Shown piece by piece: positions 1 through 20,066 of a stretch of 64,000 bases of DNA. This DNA comes from the human T2T-CHM13v2.0 reference genome, Homo sapiens. Position 1 is the stretch's first letter; every line of letters begins with the position of its first letter. The notes beneath the pieces are model-generated. The model did no database searches. It was given only the letters and a program-made list of their open reading frames with translations, and had not been told where the DNA came from. The position numbers and the translations under genes were made by a program. The stretch lies in assembly GCF_009914755.1 (NCBI RefSeq), contig NC_060926.1. The stretch is one strand, 5' to 3'.

Positions 1-1270
1 AAGATTGAACCTCCATCTAAAGCCACCAACAACCTCTATTAAAGCCAACAGTCAATTATCAGTGTATTTTACTTACCAGCAGCATGTATTCAATGGACTG
101 ACCACTTCCTCTTCACTTGCCTTCCAGGACACTACACTCTCTTTGTTTTCATATCTCACAGACATTTTCTCAGTGTCCTTTGTTGGCTCTTCCTCTTGTC
201 CCTGACATTGTAATGTTGGCAGGCCTAAGGGATCAGTCTTTGATTTTCTCCTTTCTCTCTTTACTCACTACTTTAGTGATCACATCCAATCTCATGCTAA
301 TGACTCATATCCATGTAATTCCAGTCAAGAGCTCTTTCCTGAATTCCAAACCCATATAGCCAACTGCATCCACACAATCTCTACACAGATACCTAATGGC
401 ATCTCAACCTCATCGTGTCCAAACCTCAACCCCGGATTTTCTCCACAGCCAAAGCTTGCTTCACATACGGTGTTCCCCATCTAAGTTGATGGCAACTCCA
501 TCCTTCTAGTTGCTCAGTCCCCAAAAAGCAACTATTTGGAACTATTCTTGTTGCTCTCTTTTTCTTACATGGCTCATTGAATCTGTCAACAGGTGCTGTT
601 GGCTCTGCCTTTAAAATATATCCAAGAGCTGAACTGGATTACTTTATCTAAGTGTCCAACATCTTCTTGCACTTCTACCCCCCAGCCCCACAGTTTATCT
701 TAAACACAGTAACTGCCAAAGTGATTCTGCTAAACATAAGTCTGATTTTGTCACTCTGCTCACTTCTGCTCAACACCTTCCAACAGCTTCTCATATCACA
801 CAGAGTAAAAGCTGAAGTTTTAAAAATGGCTACAAGGCTCTAAATGTCCTGCCCCCCATCCATACCTCTATGACCCCACCTTCTACTACTCTCCAGATCT
901 GTCACTCTGTTCCTGCCACACTGGCCTCTTGCCAGGCATACTCCCGCCTCAGTAAACATTGACTGGAATATTTTTACCCAAATATCTGCAGGACTAGTTC
1001 TCCCAACCCCGTCTTAACTTTTATGTCACTTTCTCAACCAGGCCTACCCCTAAACATCTACTTAAAATTACAGTCTGCCACCAGAACCCCAACACTTTCT
1101 ATCTCTCTTACTTTGTATTTTTTCATAGCACTTATCACCTTCTAACACTACTGTGTATAATATACTTATGTATTATGTTTATGGTTTTCAGCATGTTTCT
1201 GTTTCATGAGTACACGAATTTTTGTATATTTTATGCCAATAAATGTTCAATAAATATTTGTTGAAAATAC
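1..1270 (+). mobile_element. Old LINE-2 (L2a-like) 3' portion
   Basis: Pyrimidine-rich L2-like body ending in the L2 3' motif tcaataaatatttgttgaa (~1247-1265). Boundaries are approximate. Confidence 0.75.
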
Positions 1271-2379
1271 GAAGGATAAGTCAGTCATATCTTCATCTCA
1301 TTTGCTCCATTTTCCTTTTGGCTGTTCACCATTCAATTAACTTGCAAAATGTCTTTATGCATTAGGGATTTTAATCATTTGTACCTGATATGTTGCCAAC
1401 ATTTTCCTGTTACTTCATTTTTACCCTTGTCAATTTTTTTCCTTTAAAAATTTTTAGAATAGAAACAATACTCATATGGTTCAAAATTCAAAAAGTTTAA
1501 TGAAAGAGGATACAATAAAAATTCTTTCTCACACCTACTCCCCCAGGCATCTGGCTCCCCTCCCTCAAGATGAATGTTATCAATTTTTGTGTATTGTTTC
1601 AGACATGAAAAAGCAAATATATAAAAATATATATGTTTGCTTTTTCCTGTTTTACACAATGTAGACTGTGCATTGCTTTGATTACTTAACTATATACCTC
1701 ACCCTAACCCTTACATATTGTTCCATGTCAGTTAATATAAATTTTCACAATTTTTAATCTGCAAAATAATATATTCTGTGTATGTACAATAATCTATAAA
1801 ACTAGTTCCTATTGATATTAAGGTTTTTGCTCAATCTTTCACTACTGCAATGAATAACTGTAAAAATAAATCAGTGTATACATATTCAAGCACATTTATA
1901 TGATATATTATTGAGATTTAGAGGCTGTCAGGACAAAGGGCATATGCTTTGTGATCTGGGAAGTCCTGCTGATCTGCTCTATAGAAAAGATTCACCAGTT
2001 TAGACTCACTTTAGCAGAATATAAAATACCTGTTTTCTCCACACTCTTGCCACATCTGTTAAGATTTAGTTGCAGATGATAAAAACTATTCAAACTCTTT
2101 AAGCAAAAAATAGTTTATGACTACATATTATATGACTTACACAATAATGCCTCTGCCATGATTAGGAAAGGACCCACCTACCACCTCAGGAAGCTATAAT
2201 GTCAGAATATGATCACATGAGCAACGTGAATGCCTCACTCCTTGCTTCTTTTCCCTTTAACTCAATTCTGAACCCAAATTCATCCAAGGATTTTGGATTG
2301 TCTGAGCCCAAATCACATCCATTGACTGATCTGTTCATGGCAACATGCTACAGTTTATAAAATGCTTAATATAACACAG

Positions 2380-2772
2380 CAATAGTCTTCCCTCATTATT
2401 GCTTCTTTTCCTCAGAATTCTCCTAAATTCAAATTCAGATTAATATTTTAATCCTGTGAATTTTATTGATATCGTTAAATTCATATATTGATGGAAAATA
2501 TCTCTATAATTATTCAGTCTTCTGAGACTAAAATATCACTTGTTCAAGTTTTATGTCCTTCAGCAACATTTGAAATTTTTTTCCTATAGTACAGATCTTT
2601 TACATTTCTTGTTAAATTAATTCCCAAATATTCTATATTTAGAATTGCTATTGCAAACTCTGTTTCTTTCTTTCATGAGATCTTCTAGATGGCCACTGTT
2701 TATATATATGAAAGTTTGGGTTCTATTTACATTAATTTTATACCCAGCCATCTTACTAAATTATCTCATTTC
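2380..2772 (-). mobile_element. Ancient L1M (L1ME-like) ORF2 fragment
   Basis: Degenerate L1M-like motifs such as tcttttacatttcttgttaaatt and tttatacccagccatcttactaaa. Confidence 0.5.
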
Positions 2773-7225
<4,453 letters not shown>

Positions 7226-7228
<3 letters not shown>

Positions 7229-8510
7229 TGGTCTGAAATTTTCTTTTTTTGTCGTGTCTCTGCCAGGTTTTGGTATCAGGATGATGCTGGCCTTATAAAA
7301 TGAGTTAGGGAGGATTCCCTCTTTTTCTATTATTTGGAATAGTTTCAGAAGGAATGGTACCAGCTCCTCTTTGTACCTCTGGTAGAATTTGGCTGTGAAT
7401 CCATCTGGTCCTGGACTCTTTTTGGTTGTAGGCTATTAATTACTGCCTCAATTTTAGAACTTGTTATTGGTCTACTCAGGGATTCGACTTCTTCCTGGTT
7501 TAGACTTCAGAGGGTGTATTTGTCCAGGAATTTATCCATTTCTTTTAGATTTTCTAGTTTATTTGCGTAGAGGTGTTTATAGTATTCTCTGATGGTAGTT
7601 TGTATTTCTGTGGGATCAGTGGTGATATCCCCTATAACATTTTTTTTTTGTGTCTACTTGATTCTTCTCTTTTCTTTTTTATTAGTCTGACTAGCAGTCT
7701 ATTTATTTTGTTAATCTTTTCAAAAAAAGCAGTTCCTGGATTCATTGATTTTTTTGAAGGGTTTTTCTTGTCTCTATCTCTTTCAGTTCTGCTCTGATCT
7801 TAGTTATTTCTTGTCTTCTGCTAGCTTTTGAATGTGTTTGCTCTTGCTTCTCTAGTGATATTTGGGTATCAATTTTAGATCTTTCCTGCTTTCTCTTGTG
7901 GGCATTTAGTGCTATAAATTTCCCTCTACACATTGCTTTAAATGTGTCCCAGAGATTCTGGTAAATTGTGTCTTTGTTCTCATTGGTTTCAAAGAACTTA
8001 TTTATTTCTGCCTTGATTTTGTTATTTACCCAGTAGTCATTCAGGAGCAGGTTGTTCAGTTTCCATGTAGTTGTGCGGTTTTGAGTTTCTTAATCCTGAG
8101 TTCTAATTTGATTGCACTGTGGTCTGAGAGACTGTTTGTTATGATTTCTGTTCTTTTGCATTTGCTGAGGAGTGTTTTACTTCCAATTAGATGGTCAGTT
8201 TTAGAATAAGTACGATGAGATGCTGAAGAGAACGCATATTTTGTTGATTTGGGGTGGAGAGTTCTGTAGATGTCTATTAGGTCCGTTTGGTCCTGAGCTG
8301 TGTTCAATTCCTGGATATCCTTGTTAACTTTCTGTCTCGTTGATCTTTCTAATATTGACAGTGGGGTGTTAAAGTCTCCACTATTATTGTGTGGGAGTCT
8401 AAGTCTCTTTGTAGGTCTCTAAGAACATGCTTTAGGATCTGGGTGCTCCTGTATTGGGTGCATATATATTTAGGATAGTTAGATCTTCTTGTTGCATTGA
8501 TCCCTTTACC
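7226..8510 (-). mobile_element. Older L1PA (about PA7-PA8) internal ORF2 fragment, codons ~100-533
   Basis: ORFs 8056..8307 and 7742..7933 resemble the ORF2p endonuclease/linker. This repeats a region already present in the adjacent L1 but with different variants. Confidence 0.88.
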
Positions 8511-9200
8511 TATTTCTAGGTTCTTTCTTCTGTTCTGTGGATCTGCTTGGCTATTCTCTGGTCATATCACACAATCTTGATTATGGTAAGTCTTGAAGTT
8601 GGGTAGTATCAGTCCTCCAACTTTGCTCTTCTCTTTCAATATTGATCTGCCTATCTGGGTCTTTCATCTTTCCACATCAAGTTTACAATCAGCTAGCCAG
8701 TCAATATCCAAAAAATAATTTGCTGGGATTTTGACTGGGATTGCATTGAATGCATAGATCAAGTTGGTTCCTTTTATCCTCCTGCTGCCAGAAGCAAAAG
8801 GGAATTTTTATCAGATATTTACAGTGAGAACTTGATATAGCTCCTGGAGTAAAACTCACAAAAGTGTGGAGTGCCTCCTATGACTGGGTCCTCCTGGAGT
8901 TTTTAACTCTCAGAGTTGTCTACACTGAGCCTCTAGCAGTTTATGAATTATGGTTCAGGGTTTCTTAGCTCATTACTGGTTCCTGCAGAGGTTTCTGCTC
9001 ATGTATTTCTGCTCCAGTAAGTTGTAATTCTTTGTATCTTTCTGTCTCTCCAATTTTGGGGGAAGCATTTTGTGCTGCGGTCTCACTTATTTGATAGATC
9101 AAAGACATCTGATTTTTCAGTTTGTTCAGCTTTTTATTTGTTGTTAGAAGCAAGTGGCAACTATGTTTCTACATGCTAGACTGGAAACCAGAAGTCTCTA
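8511..9200 (-). mobile_element. Old L1MC/L1MD-like fragments (ORF2 piece plus 5'-end-like sequence)
   Basis: Recognised motifs tttgctgggattttgactgggattgcattgaa and aaaactcacaaaagtgtgg...ctggagtttttaactctcag. Confidence 0.55.
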
Positions 9201-9739
9201 TTTTCTAGAGTTAAAACTTCTCTGCGTAACAATTATGCTAGATTTTTGAATGGCCTTCTCTACTTCAAGATTATTTATTTTTATTTTTATCTCATTCTTT
9301 TATGATTTTCTTTCTTCATATCTTAACGCACCTGGAGGTCACTGAGTCGAATAGAATGAAGAGACCTAACCTTATCTTCCAATTGCCTATTATCTAATGC
9401 TATCTCTTTAATAATCTGATATTACCCCAGTTTTGAAATTAGCCTTTATTGTAAATTAAATCATTATATTTTTCTGCTTTATTTCTGTTTTGTTCCACTG
9501 ATCTGCTACACACTCCATAGTCACATAGAACTTTCTAATTTATTTTGATTTTAAAAAATATATATATTTATATTTGGCTGCGCAAGTCCCATCCCTCCAC
9601 CATTAGTTAATCTTCATTTTTAAAGTTTGGCTGATTTTACAAGCTTAATCTTCCTAATAAATTGGAATATTTAATATAATTTTTCAGATTAATTCCATGA
9701 GTCATGGATATTTTGAAGCCAAATCAATTATTGTATTGA

Positions 9740-10680
9740 ATTACGGATGTTTTTAGTGGCAAACAACTAGAAAGCCAAGTCACACTGGTTTAAGACAATA
9801 ATTGGACCAATGGCCCTTAAAATTCCAGCAGTGAGGTGGACTTCCCATGCCATTCAAATAAAGCACTAGCTCAGTTTCTCCAGGACTCCTGAGGCCCTGC
9901 CCTGTCTTCAAAGGCTGTCTTCCTTCGGTCACCAGATGACTGCCAGCAGTAACGTCAGCCATGTGCTTTCTTGGTAACATCCATGCAGAAGAAAAGATAC
10001 TGCTTTTCACAAGCACCTAACAAAAGTCCTGAGCTTTGCTCAGGGTAGCCTATGCTAACCCTACTCATTCTTCAAAGTTCATAGTGAATTTTGCTTCCTC
10101 CATCAATCCTCCTAAGTTACTTTATCCTCAATGTTCCTTTCCTCTGCAGAAATATTAGCATGTGTATTAGTCTGTTCTGATGCTGTTAATAAAGACATAC
10201 CCAAGACTGGGTAATTTATAAAAGAAAGATGTTTAATTGACTCACAGTTCCACATGGCTGGGGAGGCCTCACACTCATGGCAGAAGGCAAAGGAGGAACA
10301 AAGTCACATCTTACATGGTGGCAGGCAAGAGAGCTTGTGGTGGGGAACTCTCATTTATAAAACCATCAGATCTGGAGACTTATTCACTACCATGAGAACA
10401 GTATGGGGGATACTGCCCCCATGATTCAATTATCTCCACCTGGCCCCACCCTTGACATGTGGGGATTATTATAATTCAAGGTGAGATTTGGGTGGGGACA
10501 CAGCCAAACCATATCAGCATGTGATGTATATTCACCTAATCCTCTCCTGAGGATTAGACCTCCCTTAGCTAGTCACTGTGACCTGGGAAAATGAGGTTGC
10601 ACTGACTGGTACATACTCCCAATCACTGCCTACCTTTGGATCTAGAGATGGAGTCATTTCAAACCAAACCAGCGAGCTAC
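9740..10680. mobile_element. Old MLT1-type (MaLR) LTR, interrupted at 10048-10544
   Basis: Degenerate MLT1-like motifs on both sides of the interruption. Subfamily uncertain. Confidence 0.45.
10163..10516 (-). mobile_element. THE1 (THE1C-like) solo LTR
   Basis: 354 bp, tgtattagtc...ccaaaccatatca, with a perfect 5-bp TSD GCATG (10158-10162 and 10517-10521). Confidence 0.92.
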
Positions 10681-13474
10681 TATAAAATAGGAAGAATTGA
10701 ATAAACAATGGGACTAACCATGATGTCCACTGCCTTCAGCCAATGAAAACCTTTTATAATTAAACAATGCCCCCTGGATATTTCAACTTTCATATGGCAT
10801 AGCAGTGCACAACTGTCTAAACTATGCACACACTTCCACATACATGAACACAATCTATGTGAGCCCAATAACTAGAACAAAGAGGGGAGAAGGCCATATC
10901 AAAGTAGTGAAGATACTGGTAAACTGGAAGTACAAATAATGTTATGATTGAACCTATAATTCATTGTCTTAGGTAGAACAGTATACTTTTATGCCTTACT
11001 GCTCACAAGCCACAGACTACTGATAGCCACCACCTCTGTATTTATTCAAAATCACTCTTTTACTCTTTCTTCTCAAAGACACAACTCCTGAAACCTCATT
11101 CAGTTTTTATTGATGCTTCATTATTTCCTGCCAGCATATTTATAAAATATTTTCTTTAGTTGACATTTGCATGTTATTTTTATTTGGTTAGGGTACATGT
11201 ATATACATTTCTTCCCCCAAATATTCCAAGCCTTCTTAGAGGCAAAGCCATATACTAAACTAATCTGTCTGTTGAACCCCCTACCAGGGAGCTTGCAATG
11301 ACTACTGTATTTTAAGTTTTATTCAATAAATATTCATCAAGTGAAACAGATCATTATCTGAATAAAATGTATTATGGATAATTATAAGTGGCAAGCAGAC
11401 TATTAAACTAGAATTTATGAACTTTATATTCCTCCAAAGTAGATTCCTACTGTTCCCATAACATATCTTGCCTTCATTGTTTTTCTTTTCAAATTCAACT
11501 CAATTGAACAATCATTTATTTAAAGATGTTAAGGATACAAATATAACTACTAAATTACTTTGTCCTCAAGGGGTTTACAGTCTAGTCATTTAATCTCCCT
11601 TCTTAGAATGCCTCCCCACCGTCTTCTGCCTATGCTAAGCATACCCCTTCTTCAAACTCCATAGTGAATTTTACATCCTCCATCAAGCCTTCCTAAGCTA
11701 TTTTATCCTCAATATTTCTTCCTTCTGCAGAATTGTTAGCATGTGATATATATTCATCTAATCCTCCACTTAATCTTCAGTAATTTTAATGTAGCTGTGA
11801 ATCTCAACTGTTTCTGAGTCACACAGGGTTGCATTATGAAAGAGCAGAAATTGAGTTTAGTTAAAAAGAAAGAAGGAAAATGGGCTGTGAAGAATAACTC
11901 TTACTGGAAGAAAGCCATTTTAGACTGCTAAGGCAAACTCCTCCCTCTTGGGGAGTTACTAACCTAGAAACACCACAATCTCAGCCAGCTTTCTCAGGGA
12001 GATAAGGAATCATCTGGGAGAGGAGGTACTGGGCCAGCCAACTTGCTTTAAATGATAGGGTCAGATTTACCCTCTTCACAGCTACAGTTTATCAGGCTGA
12101 TTATAATGCCCTCTCCCCTACCAAACAAAAAATCCTCTTCCTCTTTCTTGATGAGTTCTAAAATCTCTTTAACAAGATTGGGATGGGGAGTGGGAAGACA
12201 ATGTTCATTTAACAATTGGAGACTTAAGTGTAGTGCATGGTTGAGTTAGTACTTCACTACGACTGAGTTCCAGTTAACATGTAATTAATCAATCATCAAG
12301 TGTAAATTGTATATTATTATTTCTCAGCTTTACTGCAAGATAGGAAAGAAGAAAGGAAAGGAGAGAGATGGGGAAGGAAAGGCTATCAGGAGACCAAAAG
12401 GTGTGTGATGTGGAGAAGCTACCATCAGAAAAAGGGGTCCAACTTCAGGTAGAATCAGCTCTATTTACTGACAAGAGTGCTAAGACCAATAGAAGCTATA
12501 ACTGAAGAGTTTGGATCAGGAAGCTACCAAAGCAAATAACTCTACTTGGTATAATTTAAGTTTTTTCCCCCTGTAATTTATTTCTTACAATTAATAGTTT
12601 CATACAGAGGAGCTGCAGTTCACAGGCAATTCATAAGAAATATAAATATTTGTCATATTCGTCTTCTTCCATTCCAAAGTTATAAACCTTTTATTTTAAT
12701 TTACTATAAATGTGTCCCTTAAATAGTTATCTTTTTAAATATACATTCTTTCGGGGAAAATATTGAGGTCAATATCATAGCACACAAAGCTGTTTCCCTA
12801 CAAAATGTCCCCTAGATGCTTCATATACACTATAAGGTAGACCATTGATCTAGTTCAGAGTGGTGTATCCGGATTTGTCATCTAAGTGAATTTTAACATA
12901 GAAGACACTAGAGAAGATGACCGCTGCCAAACTGAATTTTAAATCGCTGAACATTATATTCACCATGCAGAAGTGGATAATCATTCTTGGGAGAAAACCA
13001 GAAGTCTATTTCCTAAAAATGAAATTTAACATATAGAAGAAATTTTTTTAAAATTTAGAAAACATACTCTGTGTTGATCATAGGATAAAATTACAGTCAA
13101 TTACAAGTAACATAATTCCATGGGTACATTTTCCATTGTATCAATTACTGCAGAGCAGCTTCACATCTTGAAAAGAAAAGTTGTGGTTACTGAAAATTCA
13201 TATTTGAAAACTATTTCTTACCTGTGTAGTGAAGAGCTCAATAAGAGACATTTTCAACATGTCTTAACCTTATAAAAATCTTAAGAACTATTATGTCAAG
13301 AAATTTTTTTGAAAAAATAAAACCCTCTCTATTCATCAAATAGTCAGTCTAAACATTTATTGATTGTATTCCAGTTACATAGTAACTATACAGTAAGTTG
13401 GAAGTATAGTGATCCCAAACAAAAATAAAAAGTTAGTGTCAAAAGTCTACACAGGACTCAGTTTTATCTTATCA

Positions 13475-13835
<361 letters not shown>

Positions 13836-14289
13836 CTATAGGACATTTGGAACAAGTAGTAGGCAAATTATTGCAATTCATTCCATATTTATATTTAAAG
13901 ACACAATAATTATTCTCAAAAGCCAATCAGTGATGAAGTTTAAAGACCTGTGGAAGAGAGTTAAAGAGATGCCAGCCAGGTAGGCAGTGCTCATCAGACA
14001 AATGAGCTGTGATAAGGCTTCTAGACATCCCAAAAATAAGCTCAGAAAGTACAGTGCAGTCACAGTCACTCTGCACCCACCTTTTTATTTTCTCTGTGGT
14101 AATGCAGAGAACTTACCAGATGTCTCTGCTCCAATCACCCCTTCCTTCCCTTGCATTCTTGCCTCTAATCCCCACCTGGGCATACATTTATATTTTTTAT
14201 GAGTATTTATAAAAGCAATATAACATTACAGAATAACTGAAAAATAGAAAAAACCACCTAAATTTTTATCAAACATAGCACACCTATAC

Positions 14290-14830
14290 TCAAGAAGTTT
14301 ATGCTCAATTGAGGGGAAGCAGTTGACAAACTAATAAAAAAATATGTAAGAAAGGGTCAGGAGCAGGAAGGCAATGTCAAAATAGGGTGGTGTGATAGGG
14401 AGTGACTGTGGCTTCTCAGCACAGGCCTCTCAGACAAGAGGACATTTGAGCCAAGATCTAAATGGCAAAGAGTCACATCAACAGGACAGAGGAAATAGCC
14501 AGTACAGGAATGGGCCTGGCATGTTGGAGAAACAGAAAGAAGGCCAGCCTGGGTGTGACTGAGCTTTTATGGCAAAGTGGAAATGTCAGGTAGCAGATGT
14601 GATTGAAGAAGCAAAAAGGGGGCTATAGGTGGATAGAAGGACTTATGTACTCACAGGAGCCCCTAGGGAATTTCAGCAACAGATGACTTAATCCCCCTGT
14701 GCTGGGGTAAGATCCCAGGATGCATTGGGAGGAGAGGCAAGAATGAAAGCAGGGAAGCCAGTTATGAGGCCACTGGAACATTCCAGACAAGAAATGAGGG
14801 TGCTCGACAGAGTTCAGGCATGTGTTTAAA
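14290..14830 (-). mobile_element. L2 fragment
   Basis: Purine-rich reverse-L2 motifs such as ggacatttgagccaagatct and gcagggaagccagttatgaggc. Confidence 0.55.
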
Positions 14831-14961
14831 ATATTTAGTGGATAGAATTAGCTGCCCTTCTATTTAAATATTATTTATGTATTAATATTAACTAATATAC
14901 AGGTCACACATGTTTGTTTCTTATCTCAAACTCTTCTAGTTGGGACAAAAATGAAATATTA

Positions 14962-15177
<216 letters not shown>

Positions 15178-15225
15178 TTATTATTTTAAGTGTCTCCAAA
15201 AACAGATCATTAGAGTACAGATTTA

Positions 15226-15447
<222 letters not shown>

Positions 15448-15904
15448 TCAATAAATGTTACAATCATAAACATACATCTAGGTTTTTAAAAAATAACCAA
15501 AGAGATATTTAGTCTAATATGGCTTTGTCATCTGTTCATTTAAACCATGTACTAAATTCCTAACATGGCTTGAGTCTTTACTAGACACTGAGGTAGATGC
15601 ATAGGCTCAGGGAGAAGAAACAGCGTGAGCAAAGGCCAGCCCACAGCAGGTCCTGGCATTGCATGTGGAGAGGACCCAGAGCATTGGGAAGCACTGAAGG
15701 TCAGTAGGCTGACCTCACTTCCTCAGATCCGTGTTTCAGAAAGATTCCCAAGACAACAAGATAGAGCAGAAGGAGATGTGAGCAATAGAGATGGAAGATG
15801 AAGAGGAGGGTATCAGACAAATCTAGACCAACAAGGAGGTAATTTTAAAAGTTCAGAAAGGATGAGACCCTGAATTACAGAGGTAGAAGTATACTTTATT
15901 TTTA

Positions 15905-16045
15905 ATATACTAATAAGAGCAACAAATCTTCATGAGCTTATATATGTATACATACGTATGTGTACGTACATATGTATACATATATATGTGTATGTATATA
16001 CTAATAAGAGCAACAAATCTTCATGAGCTTATATATGTATACATA
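15905..16045. repeat. Perfect 50-bp direct duplication around a (TA/TG/CA) microsatellite
   Basis: atatactaataagagcaacaaatcttcatgagcttatatatgtatacata occurs at 15905-15954 and 15996-16045. Confidence 0.95.
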
Positions 16046-16059
16046 TGTGTACATACGTA

Positions 16060-16373
<314 letters not shown>

Positions 16374-16730
16374 TAAAATATAGTCATTTTTTAGAATAAA
16401 ATCATAACTAACTCTAAATGGGCATCCAAAAATATTATAGCCTACCCCTTGCTTATGGCAGATTCGATTAAATCATATAAAAGAGTTTTATGATTATTAC
16501 AGTATTAAAATGGTATAATATAAAAAAGCAGCAATTATAATCCTTTAATATAATTATTATTTTAATTTTTCCAGATAAGTTTCTAGCCCTTATCTAAATG
16601 TTGATATATTTCACATGGTCATAACATGGCATATTTAACATTTTATGTTGTGGGATTTTTTTTTTTTTTTACTAACACTAACTTTTTTTTTAGATATTTC
16701 TAAATAGTTTTCATAATTATCATTTAATGA

Positions 16731-17045
<315 letters not shown>

Positions 17046-17754
17046 GTGTCATAATTTTCTAAGCCAATTTACATGGGACAAGGTTTTGGTTTTTGTTTAA
17101 ATGTATAAAGGAGGGGTGATATTGTAAGTGATACCTCACTGTCTATTTTTCCAGCAGGTAGTTTCTGCCAGAAATATTTTTAAGATCACATTTGCAACTG
17201 TTACATGGAGGATGAGTGCATAATGGTTGAGTCAAACCAGAAGTTATTCCAGAACAGATTTGTTTAACCAAAAACACAGCACTTAAAAACCATCTAGCTC
17301 GGCACCCAGAAAGTCATAACAGAGCATACTAACTGCCAAAAAATGAAGATATGGGTAATTTTTGATGTTCTGAGGAGACTGATTCTCCACTTAGAACTTT
17401 GGCACCTTTCTGGAAGGATAAGAATCTATACCAAGGTAGACACCTGAAGGCTCAAAAATGCCCTTCACCAGGGTGTCTTATCTGCAGGTGGTTGCACTGA
17501 GTAGATTAATACATCATCTGGGCAAACGAGCACACAAAAACTTAAGGGATTCTTTGTGGTACCAGAATGAAACGAGGGAGAAAGCGCCTCTGGAAAAGTG
17601 TGTCAAAAACCTCAAGGGGTATAGCTTGATTAAGCATAACAAAATTTAAATAAAACTGTATAAATGTAAATATTAAACATAATTTCACATTTGAAAATTT
17701 TGTCTAGTTTTCTTAGTACAGATTTCAAAGAATCAAAGTTTGGCATATGTTTTC

Positions 17755-17932
17755 ATTTTGTTTTGCTGTTTTTAGACATGGGGTCTCACGATGTTGCCCA
17801 GGCTAGAGTGCAGTGGCTGTTCACGGGTGCAATCATAATGTACTGAAGACTTGAACGCCTAGGCTGAAGTGATCCTCCTGCCTCAGCCTCCCACGTAGCT
17901 GGGACTACTGGTATGCACCACCACACCCTGGC
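17755..17932 (-). mobile_element. Fossil Alu monomer (FAM-like, 7SL-derived)
   Basis: A single Alu arm that retains the 7SL-like segment ggctgttcacgggtgcaatcat. Confidence 0.7.
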
Positions 17933-18029
17933 AAAATTTCTTTTATTTTTGCCAGCAAGGCTAGACCAATTGCATCTCAGGTGATGTAAACAGAATCCTG
18001 TAGAAAAAGGAAAAAGCTACTCAACTCCA

Positions 18030-18320
18030 AGGTCATAGAGCACAGAAGTTAGGGGCAAATGTTCCAATCCCAGCTCCACACAGACTAGGTTATTTATGAT
18101 CTACAAATTAACTTTCATCATCTGAGACTCAAGATTCTCATCTGTAAAACTGAGAGAGCAATAACGACTACTTTGTAGGGTCGTTGTAAATATTAAAGGA
18201 GATAAAACATGTAAAGGACTTAACATACTCGGTTGGTGCAAAAATAATTGTGGCTTTTGCCCAACCTAATATTACCTGGCACATATTAAATTACCTAACA
18301 AATGTTAGGTGTTATTGTAA
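18030..18320 (+). mobile_element. MIR with a nested, internally deleted MADE1-like mariner remnant (~18230-18270)
   Basis: MIR core ttctcatctgtaaaa. The insert ggttggtgcaaaaataattgtggcttttgcccaacctaat has inverted ends. Confidence 0.7.
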
Positions 18321-19961
18321 GCCCTTATCCTCCGCCTGCCTGAGATTCTTAAATGTTGTCTTTTATGGTAAGGCATAGAATCTTACTTATTAAAAGGGGA
18401 TGTCGATTTCTAAAGGTTGACAAACACTGTTAGGACTTTAACTACTTCTAATTTGTTGGTGGCCCTAAATTCTCCACAAGGTAGTCATTTCTCTAACTTA
18501 TCTCCTATTGCTGTTAGCTTTTAGTTGCACCGAACACAAATTGCAATTAGCCTGCATTCTAGAATAACATAGAAACTTATCCTGGAATTCTTCATTTTGT
18601 CCAATTTTCAGCCCTTACAAGTTCTGAGACATTAAGGTTATCATTACTTAAGTGTTCCTCACTTCCATTTTCTTTGTGTCATTCCAGGTCAGCCAAAAGA
18701 ATTATTTCCCATAATGATATGTATACACCTCTTCTACATAGCTTAAGAACAACTTAATATACACATTAAGAAAGACGTGGAATAGCCAAGATTTAAAAAA
18801 AACAAAAAACTTTACCAAGTGTCTTCCTTTACACTTGAATTTGAATCAGTGAACACCACAATTAAAGCTTCCTAATGGCTTTCCTTTTTGTCATGTTTCA
18901 AGTTATGCACATTTTCAAAAAAAAAATTCAATAGGCTCAAACATTCACTCCATAAAAGGTGACTTTTTGAGGGATAAGATGGGTCTAATTTCATTGTATT
19001 TAAAGTAGCTGTATGGTGATGAAGTCCATATAACTTTGTTTTTCTATGTTTTAAGTTACACAATAATGTAAAACCACTTTCAATTATAAGCCTTCTACTT
19101 CACATAAAGGAGTCACCTGCCAGAATAAGAAACTCATCAACATGAAAAAGACCTAAGTCAAAAGTAAAGTTAATGGCATTTACAAACTTTACTTAGAATA
19201 AGACCACAGAAATTAACTATTTTGATATAAAATAAATGCTTTAAAATGCACATTTTAGAAGCACACTTTATAAATATCATCATTAAAACAAGTATACAAG
19301 CTATAAATGAAGGAGAAACATATCTGCCTTCTCTTTTTGCCTTGACCTTTGAAAAAACTAATTTTTCAAAGATTACAATTAAGATCAACTGTAGAATCAA
19401 TATTTCATTTTATCTTTACGTGACAGCTGGAAATAATAACAAAAGTCAAAAAGCAAAATTGAGTAAGTTAGTCATGATGCACTTACACCCAGAAATCATT
19501 TGCAACTTGAACTCCTTGTTCATTAGTTCATCCATGTATTAAAAGCATTTACATCTCTCCTATGTATTCTACTATATAAAAATGAATATGATGAGATGTT
19601 TGCCCGTGATAGGATCTTTACCACTTTATAGGGAGGAAAAAACATGTATCCAAAACATTATAATCCAATATGCTAAGTATGATACAAGTAAATACAAGTA
19701 TGAGAGTGGGAGTGTGGAAGTGATTGACACATACAGAAGATCATCTTCTTTCCAACAGGAAGCAAAAGCCATATTAATATATTCACTGGATTTCAGATTA
19801 AGATGAGGAAATGAAAGGATTTTAATTTGACTCACATTCAAATCGTAACTTTAAATTTTTATTATAATGGTTAATTAACATGGAACATTATAGAACATCT
19901 GACAAGATAAGTGCTATTCCTAGTAATTCCTACGTGTTCTTACTATGTCCCCCAGTTCTTA

Positions 19962-20066
<105 letters not shown>

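Noticed and set aside
17755-17932. 7SL RNA gene
   Set aside because: Too short and too diverged, with an A-rich tail, which fits a fossil Alu monomer.
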